A stretch of 64,000 nt of DNA from a virus: IMG/VR virus record IMGVR_UViG_3300029845_000007, one strand, 5' to 3'. The notes under the pieces are model-generated. The model made no database searches, was not told the origin of the DNA, and worked only from the letters and a program-made list of their open reading frames with translations. A program made the position numbers and the translations under genes. How positions within the stretch are numbered: the first letter of the stretch is position 1; the number at the start of each line of letters is the position of its first letter. Shown here one piece after another: positions 10,773 through 19,520 of the stretch.

Positions 10773-11392
10773 ATTATCAAATCTTTTTCTTCTAATAACG
10801 TATAACTGAATATATCTCCGTAAATAGGAATGGATAATTCAACTATATTCATAAGTTCTCTAAAATCAGTATCTCTTGCTAGAACTTGACAACCTGCCGA
10901 CCAACCGTCAACAACAACACTAGCTTCACCTGCCTTATGAATATTAATACCAAACATACCTTCTTCAATAGAAGATTCATCACAGTCCATATAAAAATCC
11001 TTGTTAGCATCACGGAATACTTTAACAGGTTTATGTTGAACTAGAGCAGCATACTGTCCTTTATGATAACCTTTCTTAAAACAACCACGATATTGACCAG
11101 GAACTAGAATTGCACAACCTTTAAAATTAACAGGTTTTTCAAGACTTTTAAATCCTGGGTCAGTAGTACAAGGATAAATAGGAGTATATCTTCTACTATT
11201 ACCTGTCCAATAATCAATTATAAAAGCATCGTTAAACTCATTATTATCACGTTCTTTAGCACGAACTCCAATAAGATTAAGATTATACTTTCCAGTAGAG
11301 AAATAAACATATCCTTTACTTTCCAATGTCTTTCGCCAATCAACTAGTCGACATTTATTTATTAACGCATCATTATATTTAAAACCACTCAT
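10769..11392 (-). CDS. YkuD-like (L,D-transpeptidase catalytic fold) putative peptidoglycan hydrolase / endolysin candidate
   Basis: The motif GINIHKAGEASVVVDGWSAGCQV matches the YkuD catalytic signature H-x16-[S]-x-G-C-[IVQ], with the canonical 16-residue His-Cys spacing. Confidence 0.5.
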   Translation of the reverse strand: MSGFKYNDALINKCRLVDWRKTLESKGYVYFSTGKYNLNLIGVRAKERDNNEFNDAFIIDYWTGNSRRYTPIYPCTTDPGFKSLEKPVNFKGCAILVPGQYRGCFKKGYHKGQYAALVQHKPVKVFRDANKDFYMDCDESSIEEGMFGINIHKAGEASVVVDGWSAGCQVLARDTDFRELMNIVELSIPIYGDIFSYTLLEEKDLII

Positions 11393-11397
11393 AATTA

Positions 11398-12396
11398 TTA
11401 TACAAATAAATTCATTTGTTGTTTCTGACTTCCATTAACAGTTTGATAACGAATATTAAGCATAGTATCTATTTCAGGTTCTAACCTAGATATTTTATAC
11501 CATTTAGCTGTTTCTGTCCTACTTTCATCAATATGAAAACCGTCTTTAAATCTTTGAGGTCTACCATATTGGTTAAGTATAAATGGAACTTCAATATGAC
11601 AAAGAGCTAAACCTTTACATGGTAAACCAGTAATAAGATGAACCATTTTAGCATATAAGTTTAATTGTAAACTATATGTAGTTCCATTACAATTAGGAAG
11701 ACCACCAAAAGGTGGAAGAAGAACATCTTCAGGTTTATGTACCCATTCATCTGTTTCTTGAACAGGTCTAACACTCTTATCTTTCTTATAATAACCTGCC
11801 TGAAATCTAAGACCAGTACGATTAGTTTTCCAATCTAGTATAACGAATCCGTCCTCTCTTATAGGCAATATATCAATAGTACCACTAACTAAATACTTCG
11901 GAAGAAAAGCTCCTATCTCTGAATAAATCTTATAATCTCTTTCAGTATAGAACTTAAATACTTTATATATTTCTGGGTATTTGTTTTCGGTATGGTCAAT
12001 AAAAGCATCAACATCAAGAAGTTTAGTATGACTATCAACAACATCTAAATCAGCAACAGTAACCATTTGTTTACTCTCTTGCTTATTAAGATATTTAATA
12101 GCATTAAAGAACTTACTATTTTGACGAATACCTTCTTCAAAGCTATTATGATAAACATTACCCATATCACAAGCCTTGTCTCTTATCTTATCCCATTGAT
12201 TCTTTATATCTTTAATAGAAGTATTTTCTTCTTTAGCTTTATATTTAGCCCAATAATTAGAATCGAACTTAGGAACATAAGAATGAATAATTGTAGTAGC
12301 ACTAATATAAGAATTACCACAATTATCTGTATACTTATGAGTAGGTTCATCAAAGTATAACTTCGTTTGTTTATATTCAGATTTTACAGGTATCAT
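11398..12396 (-). CDS. hypothetical protein; weak PD-(D/E)xK nuclease-like motif
   Basis: 332 aa. The segment GTIDILPIREDGFVILDWKT resembles a D...(D/E)xK nuclease core. Weak, from sequence pattern only. Confidence 0.3.
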   Translation of the reverse strand: MIPVKSEYKQTKLYFDEPTHKYTDNCGNSYISATTIIHSYVPKFDSNYWAKYKAKEENTSIKDIKNQWDKIRDKACDMGNVYHNSFEEGIRQNSKFFNAIKYLNKQESKQMVTVADLDVVDSHTKLLDVDAFIDHTENKYPEIYKVFKFYTERDYKIYSEIGAFLPKYLVSGTIDILPIREDGFVILDWKTNRTGLRFQAGYYKKDKSVRPVQETDEWVHKPEDVLLPPFGGLPNCNGTTYSLQLNLYAKMVHLITGLPCKGLALCHIEVPFILNQYGRPQRFKDGFHIDESRTETAKWYKISRLEPEIDTMLNIRYQTVNGSQKQQMNLFV

Positions 12397-13112
12397 TTTG
12401 TACTCTCGTATTTCCCCCGTAAAGGAGCGTTGACAATTGTATCACTTACTAATCCTAGCTCTCTCTTTTGAGCCTCTACTTGAGCTTCCAAATCACTAGC
12501 ATCTTTTGCAGACATAGACATAGTAACAACCTTACCACCTCTAGCTTTCTTTTGCTCTATTTCAAGAGCAGCAGCTTGTTTAGCTTCACCTAAAGCTTTA
12601 ATTTGATTAGGAATGATATTAATAATACCATTTAGTTTTGTCACTAAATCAATAACTGGTAAAGCATCTTCGGCTTGTAAACCAGAGTTTAACTTATTAG
12701 TAAGTTGCTCACTAATAATATTTGCTGCACGAGAACTATTATGAACAGCTCTAAGAATACTTTCAAGAGCTTCTCCTGCAACACCCATTTTATCTTCATG
12801 ATATCTATCAATAAGACGAAGAATAAGAGCATCAGGATTCCAATCAGCAGGAAGACCATAATTAGTCTTTGCAGAAGCTAATGCTTCAGAACGACTATAT
12901 CCCATTTGATTAGGTGGAGATTTAGGGTCGGCTACATAAAAGATAACTCCGGCTTCTTTAATATACCGAAGTTTATCCTCACTATTATCACGAAGATATA
13001 ATTCTCTTACATCTTTATCCTGTATCTGATAAACGTTAGGAGCATAGGGATAACCTTGCTCATTAACACTAATCATACCACTTAAATCCAATGGGGAAAT
13101 CTTCGCAATCAT
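12393..13112 (-). CDS. hypothetical protein
   Basis: 239-aa ORF in an operon with its neighbours (4-nt overlap). Contains a motif copy at the 3' end. Confidence 0.4.
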   Translation of the reverse strand: MIAKISPLDLSGMISVNEQGYPYAPNVYQIQDKDVRELYLRDNSEDKLRYIKEAGVIFYVADPKSPPNQMGYSRSEALASAKTNYGLPADWNPDALILRLIDRYHEDKMGVAGEALESILRAVHNSSRAANIISEQLTNKLNSGLQAEDALPVIDLVTKLNGIINIIPNQIKALGEAKQAAALEIEQKKARGGKVVTMSMSAKDASDLEAQVEAQKRELGLVSDTIVNAPLRGKYESTK

Positions 13113-13614
13113 AACCTTCTCTATTTAATAGATTAATATAGTAATCAGAATCATTAACTGGTTTCATCTTACTAAAGAAATACATATATAGTTTATAACC
13201 ACGTTCATCTCTACCAAATTGTCTAAGTTTTCGTCCAGCTAGAACTTTATTAAGTCTAATTGTACGAGATATTATAGTAGTTCTACTTTTAAATCTACGA
13301 CGTTGAACAACCCTAGACAATATAAGACCTCTTCTAAACTCTTTGTATTCTTCAGGAGTAAGCTCTTGCCTTTTCTCTTTCATTAAAGCATGATGCTCCA
13401 TTGCATCAAGTTTACCTTCATTCGGAAAGAATGAACCGATACGAGGAATTGTAACTCTCCCCATAATCTTAATTCTATTGACTACTTGACTTTCAATATC
13501 ATCAACAATATCATTAATAATAAGAGCATCTTGGGGAGTGACACCTAATAGAGCAATAATATCAGCTCTATCAAGCATCAATTCTCTCTTCTCTTTTAAA
13601 TCAATAGACGGCAT
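13069..13614 (-). CDS. hypothetical protein
   Basis: 181-aa ORF. Overlaps the downstream ORF by 44 nt. Confidence 0.4.
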   Translation of the reverse strand: MPSIDLKEKRELMLDRADIIALLGVTPQDALIINDIVDDIESQVVNRIKIMGRVTIPRIGSFFPNEGKLDAMEHHALMKEKRQELTPEEYKEFRRGLILSRVVQRRRFKSRTTIISRTIRLNKVLAGRKLRQFGRDERGYKLYMYFFSKMKPVNDSDYYINLLNREGYDCEDFPIGFKWYD

Positions 13615-13617
13615 CTA

Positions 13618-14307
13618 TTATATTTGTAATAAGTTTGTAGCAACAATAAACTTTTGAGGTTTACCATTAGGAATAAGACCTTCAATAGTATTCTGTCCTT
13701 GAATATCAGAAAGACGAACAATCTTATAACCAACACAAACTACTGTTTCAGCAATAGTAGTAATCAATTTACCATTGTCACCTTTCTTTTCAATAGTCGC
13801 AGGACTTACCTCATTACCAAGTAAACTAATAACAGAACCAGTACTAACCTTACGGAATATCTCACCACGAGCAATACTTATATTTAAGTCTTGGTCACTA
13901 CGAATAAATTCAGCAAGATTATAAGGAGTAAGTTCATTGCTACGAGGATTACAATCTATACCCATAAATACGTCAGAAGGAGCGACATATAAGAAACGAT
14001 TAAGCAAAGCTCTATCGCCTTCTTTAACATCATCACTATAATTAGCTTTAACTAATATGAACTTAGTATTACCAGTACCTTTTAAGTCAGGATTAATAAT
14101 TTCACGAAGTTTAGCAGTCTGAATAATAGCAACAATACCAAAATGCTTGAAAGGAGTAATATTCTTAACTCTTTCAGAAACATATTGGAAATCAATTTCT
14201 GCCATGTGTTGAGGAACTAGGAAAGTCTCTCCTTTAGTTTTGTTCTCTAAGTGTAGCATAATTACTTTAATTAGATTATTAATATTATTAATTAAGTTGA
14301 CTAACAT
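13618..14307 (-). CDS. hypothetical protein (first gene of the minus-strand operon)
   Basis: 229-aa ORF preceded by a long non-coding promoter-like region. Confidence 0.4.
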   Translation of the reverse strand: MLVNLINNINNLIKVIMLHLENKTKGETFLVPQHMAEIDFQYVSERVKNITPFKHFGIVAIIQTAKLREIINPDLKGTGNTKFILVKANYSDDVKEGDRALLNRFLYVAPSDVFMGIDCNPRSNELTPYNLAEFIRSDQDLNISIARGEIFRKVSTGSVISLLGNEVSPATIEKKGDNGKLITTIAETVVCVGYKIVRLSDIQGQNTIEGLIPNGKPQKFIVATNLLQI

Positions 14308-14559
14308 TACTAACTGTAATATAACCGTCAGTCATTAATAGCACAAGTATACGAATAATATCTATATCATCAATATCTAACTAGTTAAAAAACCTTTAGA
14401 ATTGTATTCTCTGTATAATTCACATCCATTCACACTAGTTCACATTAGTATACACTCTAATACAAGTCCACTACTTAACTAAAATATCGACTAAATCTTA
14501 CCATTCTATTTTTACAATCCTAATGCTAAATCTTCGGACTCTTCGATAGAAGAGGAGAA

Positions 14560-14880
14560 AGGTAATACACAATAAGACACAATAGACAACTAATACTATA
14601 TAATATAAGTAAGACCAATTAAGGACTTAAAGGAATTAATTAGACTAATAGGACTAACTAATAAGATAATTCTTCTATAAGAAGAGTTAGACTACTAACA
14701 ACAATAGATATACAGAAGGGAATTAGAAATACTATTAGAACTAACTAATGTATATAGACTTAGAAATAGGACTGGAACTACTGTTAGAAATAGAATTAGG
14801 AATAGGACTAATAATGAACTTAGAAATAGGATTAGGACTATTAGAAGAAATAAACTTAGAGGTACTACTATTAGTGCTGC
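14560..14880 (+). repeat. purine-rich degenerate tandem repeats (units beginning TTAGAAATAG..., 24-36 bp) upstream of the minus-strand operon
   Basis: Four consecutive units between 14756 and 14880. The preceding 200 nt are rich in TAGGACT/TTAGACT/AATTAG words. Confidence 0.5.
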
Positions 14881-14969
14881 CCCACAAAATAATATTTTTC
14901 ATGAGTATATTTTTATCGAGACGAAGCTCCTACCCTGATAGCCCCCTGCTCTCAAACCAATTCCAATAC

Positions 14970-14997
14970 CCCCGTCAAGACCAAATGACTTTAAACA
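14970..14997 (+). promoter_or_regulatory. copy 1 of a 27-28 bp repeat CAA[AG]ACCAAATGACT[AT]TAAACATATTGC, immediately upstream of ATG 15008
   Basis: The same element recurs at 15366-15392 and 15398-15424, upstream of the next plus-strand unit. Candidate early promoter/operator. Confidence 0.45.
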
Positions 14998-15007
14998 TAT
15001 TGCTATA

Positions 15008-15187
15008 ATGTTTAATTTAATACTAATGTTTATGATATTCTTGATATTGTTATTGGTTGCAGTTGTTATGACTACTGCAACTTATCGTTCTGTTGTTAAT
15101 AAACAGAGACGTGATTGGAGAGAACATGGTCGTGCAGGCGAGACTTATGAACAATTTTGTTCACGTTATTATACTAGATACGTATGA
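15008..15187 (+). CDS. small single-TM protein (59 aa), not in the ORF track (<60 aa)
   Basis: ATG 15008 lies directly after repeat copy 1. The hydrophobic N-terminus is followed by a basic tail. The stop overlaps the next ATG (ATGA). Confidence 0.3.
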   Translation: MFNLILMFMIFLILLLVAVVMTTATYRSVVNKQRRDWREHGRAGETYEQFCSRYYTRYV

Positions 15188-15366
15188 GTACTCGTGATAA
15201 GATTAAAGTGGTACACTTGGCATTAAGTATGCTAGGTGTGCCAGTATTCATACATCTAAGTTACATTAAATTGTATGATAATCATGTGAATAGTTTCTTA
15301 ATACTATTGGTCGTACTAGTATTGATACCAGACATAAATAATATAGTAAAAGAACTATTGAACTAG
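15184..15366 (+). CDS. small membrane protein (60 aa)
   Basis: ORF-track entry. Two hydrophobic segments. Translationally coupled to the 15008 ORF. Confidence 0.3.
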   Translation: MSTRDKIKVVHLALSMLGVPVFIHLSYIKLYDNHVNSFLILLVVLVLIPDINNIVKELLN

Positions 15367-15424
15367 TCAAACCAAATGACTATAAACATATTGCAGTTAC
15401 TATCAAACCAAATGACTATAAACA
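15366..15424 (+). repeat. two tandem copies of the 27-bp CAAACCAAATGACTATAAACATATTGC element
   Basis: Exact direct repeat at 15366-15392 and 15398-15424, about 80 nt upstream of the ATG at 15506. Confidence 0.6.
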
Positions 15425-15505
15425 TATTGCCATTGTGTGTGTGGTTAGGATGCACATTGGTTGAACAGTTGCTAACCGATTTATAACATTTAATTTATTT
15501 GTATT

Positions 15506-16180
15506 ATGGGAACAAGAGTTAATGATGCAGCTAGAAAAGCTGCTGAAGAAGCTGCTAAGAAAGCTGCCGAAGAAGCTAAAGCTAACGCTAGTAATGATGC
15601 TAGTAACGATGCTAGTAATGATGCACGTATCGTTGATTTGTCCGAGTATCACGGAAAAGACGCAGACGATATTACTCGTCTGTTGCTTGACCGTCCTGAT
15701 TTCGAGAATCACGATAGCTTGATGATTACTAATATCATTGATAATAGCAGTCGTTATGCAGGTGCTCTTACCATTGTTGTTAACCGTAACCTTCCACAGT
15801 TTGTGAAAGATGCTGCAAGTGGTGATTATGTCGAGTCTGTAACTCGTAATATCTTTACCACTCGTATTCAGCTATCTGCAATACTGAAAGGTCAAGGCGA
15901 ACCAATGCTTGCCAATGCTGTTATGACTGCACCGTTATCAGTGCTGCACGTTATCTTCAAGAAGGCACGTATTAGCGTGCTTGGACACGTGCTTGGAGCA
16001 GGTGAGATATTTGTAAATCCGTATGCCAGTAAAATGGCTAAGGAGGAACGTGTTAATGAACACGACCGTTACGAGTATTTCCCATACGAACTAAGTATGC
16101 GTAGTTTGTCCCTTGCGGACGAAATGCTCGTAGCCGACATGTTGGCTAAATACCAGCCTGATGCAGAGAGTGCTGCTTAA
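15506..16180 (+). CDS. hypothetical acidic protein with an (ASND)x3 repeat; GC-richer codon usage than its surroundings
   Basis: 224-aa ORF. The 12-bp tandem gctagtaa[tc]gat x3 encodes ASNDASNDASND. Followed by a 9-bp-stem hairpin at 16190-16211. Confidence 0.5.
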   Translation: MGTRVNDAARKAAEEAAKKAAEEAKANASNDASNDASNDARIVDLSEYHGKDADDITRLLLDRPDFENHDSLMITNIIDNSSRYAGALTIVVNRNLPQFVKDAASGDYVESVTRNIFTTRIQLSAILKGQGEPMLANAVMTAPLSVLHVIFKKARISVLGHVLGAGEIFVNPYASKMAKEERVNEHDRYEYFPYELSMRSLSLADEMLVADMLAKYQPDAESAA

Positions 16181-16189
16181 CCAGTTACG

Positions 16190-16211
16190 TAGGAGAGAGA
16201 AATCTCTCCTA
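16190..16211 (+). terminator. hairpin TAGGAGAGA-gaaa-TCTCTCCTA (no U-run) after the 224-aa gene
   Basis: Perfect 9-bp inverted repeat read directly from the sequence. Lacks a T tract, so its terminator function is uncertain. Confidence 0.35.
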
Positions 16212-16337
16212 CTAAACTAAGAATACACCATTCGGCACGTGTTCGACAATACTACCGACTTATGCTCGCCGTCCGGCAAAGCCTTCGGGCACAGCCGTCA
16301 GGCAAAGCCACTAAGGATTGGAAACGACACTAGTCAC

Positions 16338-16392
16338 CTGATAAGCGAAATGCTACAACTGATAAGCGAATCCAACCAACTGATAAGCTATT
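16338..16392. repeat. three iteron-like direct repeats [C/A]CTGATAAGC[G/T]A at exact 21-bp spacing
   Basis: Copies start at 16338, 16359 and 16380, inside a locally GC-rich convergent intergenic region. The last copy overlaps the stop of the winged-helix gene. Confidence 0.55.
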
Positions 16393-16903
16393 TGTCCGAA
16401 TACAGTCTCATGTAATCCGATACGAACTTGTTTCTATCTCCCATGAACATCATATTATGGTTTATGATATAGACATTGTTCTTATCATTAATAGCTTTAG
16501 CTATAAAGTTAGCATCGATTAGTTGACGGATACCGTCACTTATTCTCTGTTGACTAACAGACAATTCACCAGCAATCTTAGTTTGGTTAAGTACTATCCA
16601 GTTACAACCGAAACCTATATTCCTATATATGTAATTCAACATGGATAAACCATGGGTCTTTAAATATCTTAGGTTAGACATTCCATCGAAGTACAACTGC
16701 ATAAAGTTACCTGTATATCTAACTTTATCATCTTCGATTACAACAATTGTCTTACCTGTCTTATTAGCCCATTGTTTAAGCTCGTCAAGACTGTCGTCAG
16801 AACAATCTTTAGGATTAATATTAAAAGGAAATACAGTAGGTTTGATAAGATTGTCCACTGGTTGGACTTTAGCATTAGCTTTAGCATTTGTTTCTACTTT
16901 CAT
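16388..16903 (-). CDS. winged-helix DNA-binding protein (RepA/Rep_3-like WH domain or transcriptional regulator)
   Basis: 171 aa. NWIVLNQTKIAGELSVSQQRISDGIRQLIDANFI fits the N-[WF]-[IV]-x-x-[NT]-Q-x-x-IA-x-EL-x-x-S-x-x-x-[IV] wHTH pattern. Flanked by palindromic operators upstream and iterons downstream. Confidence 0.5.
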   Translation of the reverse strand: MKVETNAKANAKVQPVDNLIKPTVFPFNINPKDCSDDSLDELKQWANKTGKTIVVIEDDKVRYTGNFMQLYFDGMSNLRYLKTHGLSMLNYIYRNIGFGCNWIVLNQTKIAGELSVSQQRISDGIRQLIDANFIAKAINDKNNVYIINHNMMFMGDRNKFVSDYMRLYSDK

Positions 16904-16945
16904 AATTGTTAATTTATAGTTAAAAACTCATTTTCGGCTTCTAAA

Positions 16946-17008
16946 TTACACAGATTTGCGTGTAAAAACAAGCATTACACCTAGTATTTTACACAGATTT
17001 GCGTGTAA
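16946..17008. promoter_or_regulatory. two identical dyad-symmetric operator-like sites TTACAC-AGATTTGC-GTGTAA (16946-16965 and 16989-17008)
   Basis: Perfect 6-bp inverted half-sites with an 8-bp spacer, duplicated 43 bp apart, 40-100 bp upstream of the winged-helix gene start (16903). Confidence 0.55.
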
Positions 17009-17039
17009 TTTGAAATTCGTAACTGACTGATAATGACCG

Positions 17040-17900
17040 ATTTAACATAAAATTAACACGCTATAACAAGATAGGGAATCTTGTAAAAAATAGATTTTTA
17101 TTTTGTATATGCAAATATAATACTATTTTTTTTATTAGCTCACCTATTCGATGACTATTGTCGTAGACAATAGGAAGAAGCTCATACAATAACAACAGTA
17201 GTATCAACAATAGTATTATCAACATCAGTAGTATGAATAGTATGAATAGTATTATCAACATCAATAGGAAGAAGACTATTACTAATATCAATAGCATCAA
17301 TAGTAGTATGAATAGTAAGATATAGAGATGATAGCGAAACTACATTCCCTTAACTCAATATAACTCCTCACACTTACTAAATTAAACCTCTTAATGTTTA
17401 CTTTTGAACCTATTCAAAATCCATATAGAGTATAAATCAAATTTATTCGATTGTACTATTATCGCTATGTTTCCGATACTATATTTCCGATACTCTATCG
17501 TCATTGTTACTATCGTCATTGTTATTATATTATATTATTATACTATCACATGTTATTACTATTACTATTAGGTTTTAATCTAATCTCACTATTGCCAATC
17601 TCACTATATACTATTAGTATTATATCTTGGTTGTATTGTATGAGGTCTAGTTCCTATTCTTACAGAATAGTTCACTAGTATATTAATACTATATATAACA
17701 TCTGATAACGAGAATACCAATAGATTGAATATAAGGCTATATAATAGACTGGATAGTATTATTACCAATAGATTGGATAATAGAATAAGTATAGTAATAT
17801 GTATAAATATGTATAGATATGTATTACTATTAATATCTAGATTACTATTTGGTTTGTTACTTAGCTGGTCTAGTCCCGCTCGCAAAGCTCGCTTTTCTCC
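17040..17900. repeat. AT-rich low-complexity region made of many short direct/tandem repeats
   Basis: Examples: ATAGTATTATCAACATCA, AGTAGTATGAATAGTA, TTTCCGATACT x2, ATCGTCATTGTTA x2, ACCAATAGATTG[GA]ATA x2, ATATGTATA(A/G)ATATGTAT. The ORFs called here are all-Ile/Leu/Phe artefacts. Confidence 0.6.
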
Positions 17901-17964
17901 CCCATAAAGGAGCGTGATTGCTGTTACATCTTCACCTTTTATTTACCATTTAACTTATATCATT

Positions 17965-18144
17965 ATGAATACCGATATTTATTTCTTTATAATAACTGTA
18001 TTACTATTTGTTATTACTACTCTCTTACTGAATAACTATCTCATTGATAAGAAGTCTAATATTTTGTCTATGACAATATTTATTATAGCTGTTATGGCTA
18101 TCGTTATTATCTGTGTTGCAATATTTAATCTTTCTAGTATATGA
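17965..18144 (+). CDS. possible small membrane protein (ATG 17965; the ORF-track version starts at GTG 17914 inside the motif copy)
   Basis: Two hydrophobic segments. AT-rich context makes a spurious ORF possible. Confidence 0.25.
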   Translation: MNTDIYFFIITVLLFVITTLLLNNYLIDKKSNILSMTIFIIAVMAIVIICVAIFNLSSI

Positions 18145-18326
18145 CTACTTATCAATTCCATATATTTCTATCTTTAATTGGAATAGTTATATGTCTGTTG
18201 TATTTGATGTTTAATTACCTTTCTTATAAGAAGGTTTTTATCGTCCGTTCTTTAGTTCAAACTATAATAACTTATATAATAGTTATTAGCTTTATTCGTT
18301 TACTATATCGTACTATATTATTATGA
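18141..18326 (+). CDS. possible small membrane protein
   Basis: 61 aa with two hydrophobic segments. ATGA overlap with the previous ORF. Low-complexity context. Confidence 0.25.
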   Translation: MTTYQFHIFLSLIGIVICLLYLMFNYLSYKKVFIVRSLVQTIITYIIVISFIRLLYRTILL

Positions 18327-18378
18327 TATAGATTCATTACTTTTAAAATTAAATTCTTAATAATTAATACATGTATTT

Positions 18379-19278
18379 ATGAAAGCTGTTGTAAATGATA
18401 AAAATCATCTAACTTTTGTATCTCATCTTAATGGAGTTACTATTGTTGAATCTAGTGGTTTTATTATCGATTTAGATTATCAATGTCTTACTTCTATTTG
18501 TGAGATTTCTGATATTGGTAATAATTATAGTATTGCTGAATCTAATAGAATCTCTGAATTAGAGAAAACTATTTCTGAATTAGAAGCCGATGTTGCTAAT
18601 AAGTCTACTCAAATTAGTAAACTGTCTAGTGAATTAAATCTTCGTGCTAGAGTTATTAGTGAGAAGAACGAAGAGATTGAACAACTTAAATCTGATATTA
18701 TTAAGTTCCAAGCTGATATTGCTAATTTTCAGGCTTGTGCTGCTAATGTTTCTGATATTGAATATGAACTGAATAAATGTCGTGAAACAAATAATGCACT
18801 TACAGAAAAGTTAGAAAGTAAAACTTCTGATTTAGCTGAAAGAACTTATTGGTTCAGATATTATAGACGAGCATTTCGTGCTGTTAAGGAGTATCTTAAG
18901 CCTAATGAAAAATATGGTTTAGATTCAAGCGGTTATAATATTGTTAATAGTATTGATAGTAAATTTATAATATCATTTAAAGATACAAGTATTGCTAGTA
19001 AAGCATTTAATGAGTTAAGATATTCTATTTCTCCAAGAACTGTATTACTCAAGTATGAAAATGATATTGTTGAATATAATGTCGATGCTATGAATATCTA
19101 TTTTATTGAAGCTAATACTCCTACGGTTATTCGTAAGTTTAATGATGAAAACTTTAGTATTACTTGTTGCGATGTTTATACTGCCGAGATTACTAATGCT
19201 CTTCTTAATTGTGGTTTTCCTGCTAGTGATATTGTTTCTACTTATAAATCATATATAGCATTTAGTAATATCAATTAA
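18379..19278 (+). CDS. hypothetical coiled-coil protein (first clear gene of the plus-strand module)
   Basis: 299 aa. Extended heptad-like region (ELEKTISELEADVANKSTQISKLSSELNLRARVISEKNEEIEQLKSDI). Confidence 0.5.
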   Translation: MKAVVNDKNHLTFVSHLNGVTIVESSGFIIDLDYQCLTSICEISDIGNNYSIAESNRISELEKTISELEADVANKSTQISKLSSELNLRARVISEKNEEIEQLKSDIIKFQADIANFQACAANVSDIEYELNKCRETNNALTEKLESKTSDLAERTYWFRYYRRAFRAVKEYLKPNEKYGLDSSGYNIVNSIDSKFIISFKDTSIASKAFNELRYSISPRTVLLKYENDIVEYNVDAMNIYFIEANTPTVIRKFNDENFSITCCDVYTAEITNALLNCGFPASDIVSTYKSYIAFSNIN

Positions 19279-19345
19279 TAAAATTATCTGTATTGTTTGG
19301 TATTTCAATTATTTATTTCTATACTTGCATCCGTATTAAACGATT

Positions 19346-19507
19346 ATGATTATGTACGAAGAACAAGGCATAGAATTTCCTATTTGTGGTTTGATAGACG
19401 ATATAGACTATCTTGACTGTGAAATGGCTAATAATTGGAATACTGGCAATACTCTAAGTGAGAATAATATAGACCTTGACTTAGATATAACTCATATTGA
19501 AAATTAA
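19346..19507 (+). CDS. possible small acidic protein (53 aa, below ORF-track cutoff)
   Basis: ATG 19346 to TAA 19505-19507 (MIMYEEQGIEFPICGLIDDIDYLDCEMANNW...). Fills an otherwise empty 240-nt gap. Confidence 0.2.
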   Translation: MIMYEEQGIEFPICGLIDDIDYLDCEMANNWNTGNTLSENNIDLDLDITHIEN

Positions 19508-19520
19508 TTAAATAATAGTT

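Noticed and set aside
15416-15722. ORFs 15416-15712(-) and 15522-15722(+) overlapping the 224-aa gene
   Set aside because: Alternative-frame artefacts of the GC-richer, repeat-containing 15506-16180 gene. The 224-aa frame is the only one with a sensible composition and its own downstream hairpin.
17061-17907. ORF-track entries 17061-17300(-), 17451-17678(+), 17604-17885(-) and 17725-17907(+)
   Set aside because: They are composed almost entirely of Ile/Leu/Tyr/Ser from AT-rich tandem repeats, overlap each other on both strands, and have no start or stop context. Treated as repeat DNA, not genes.
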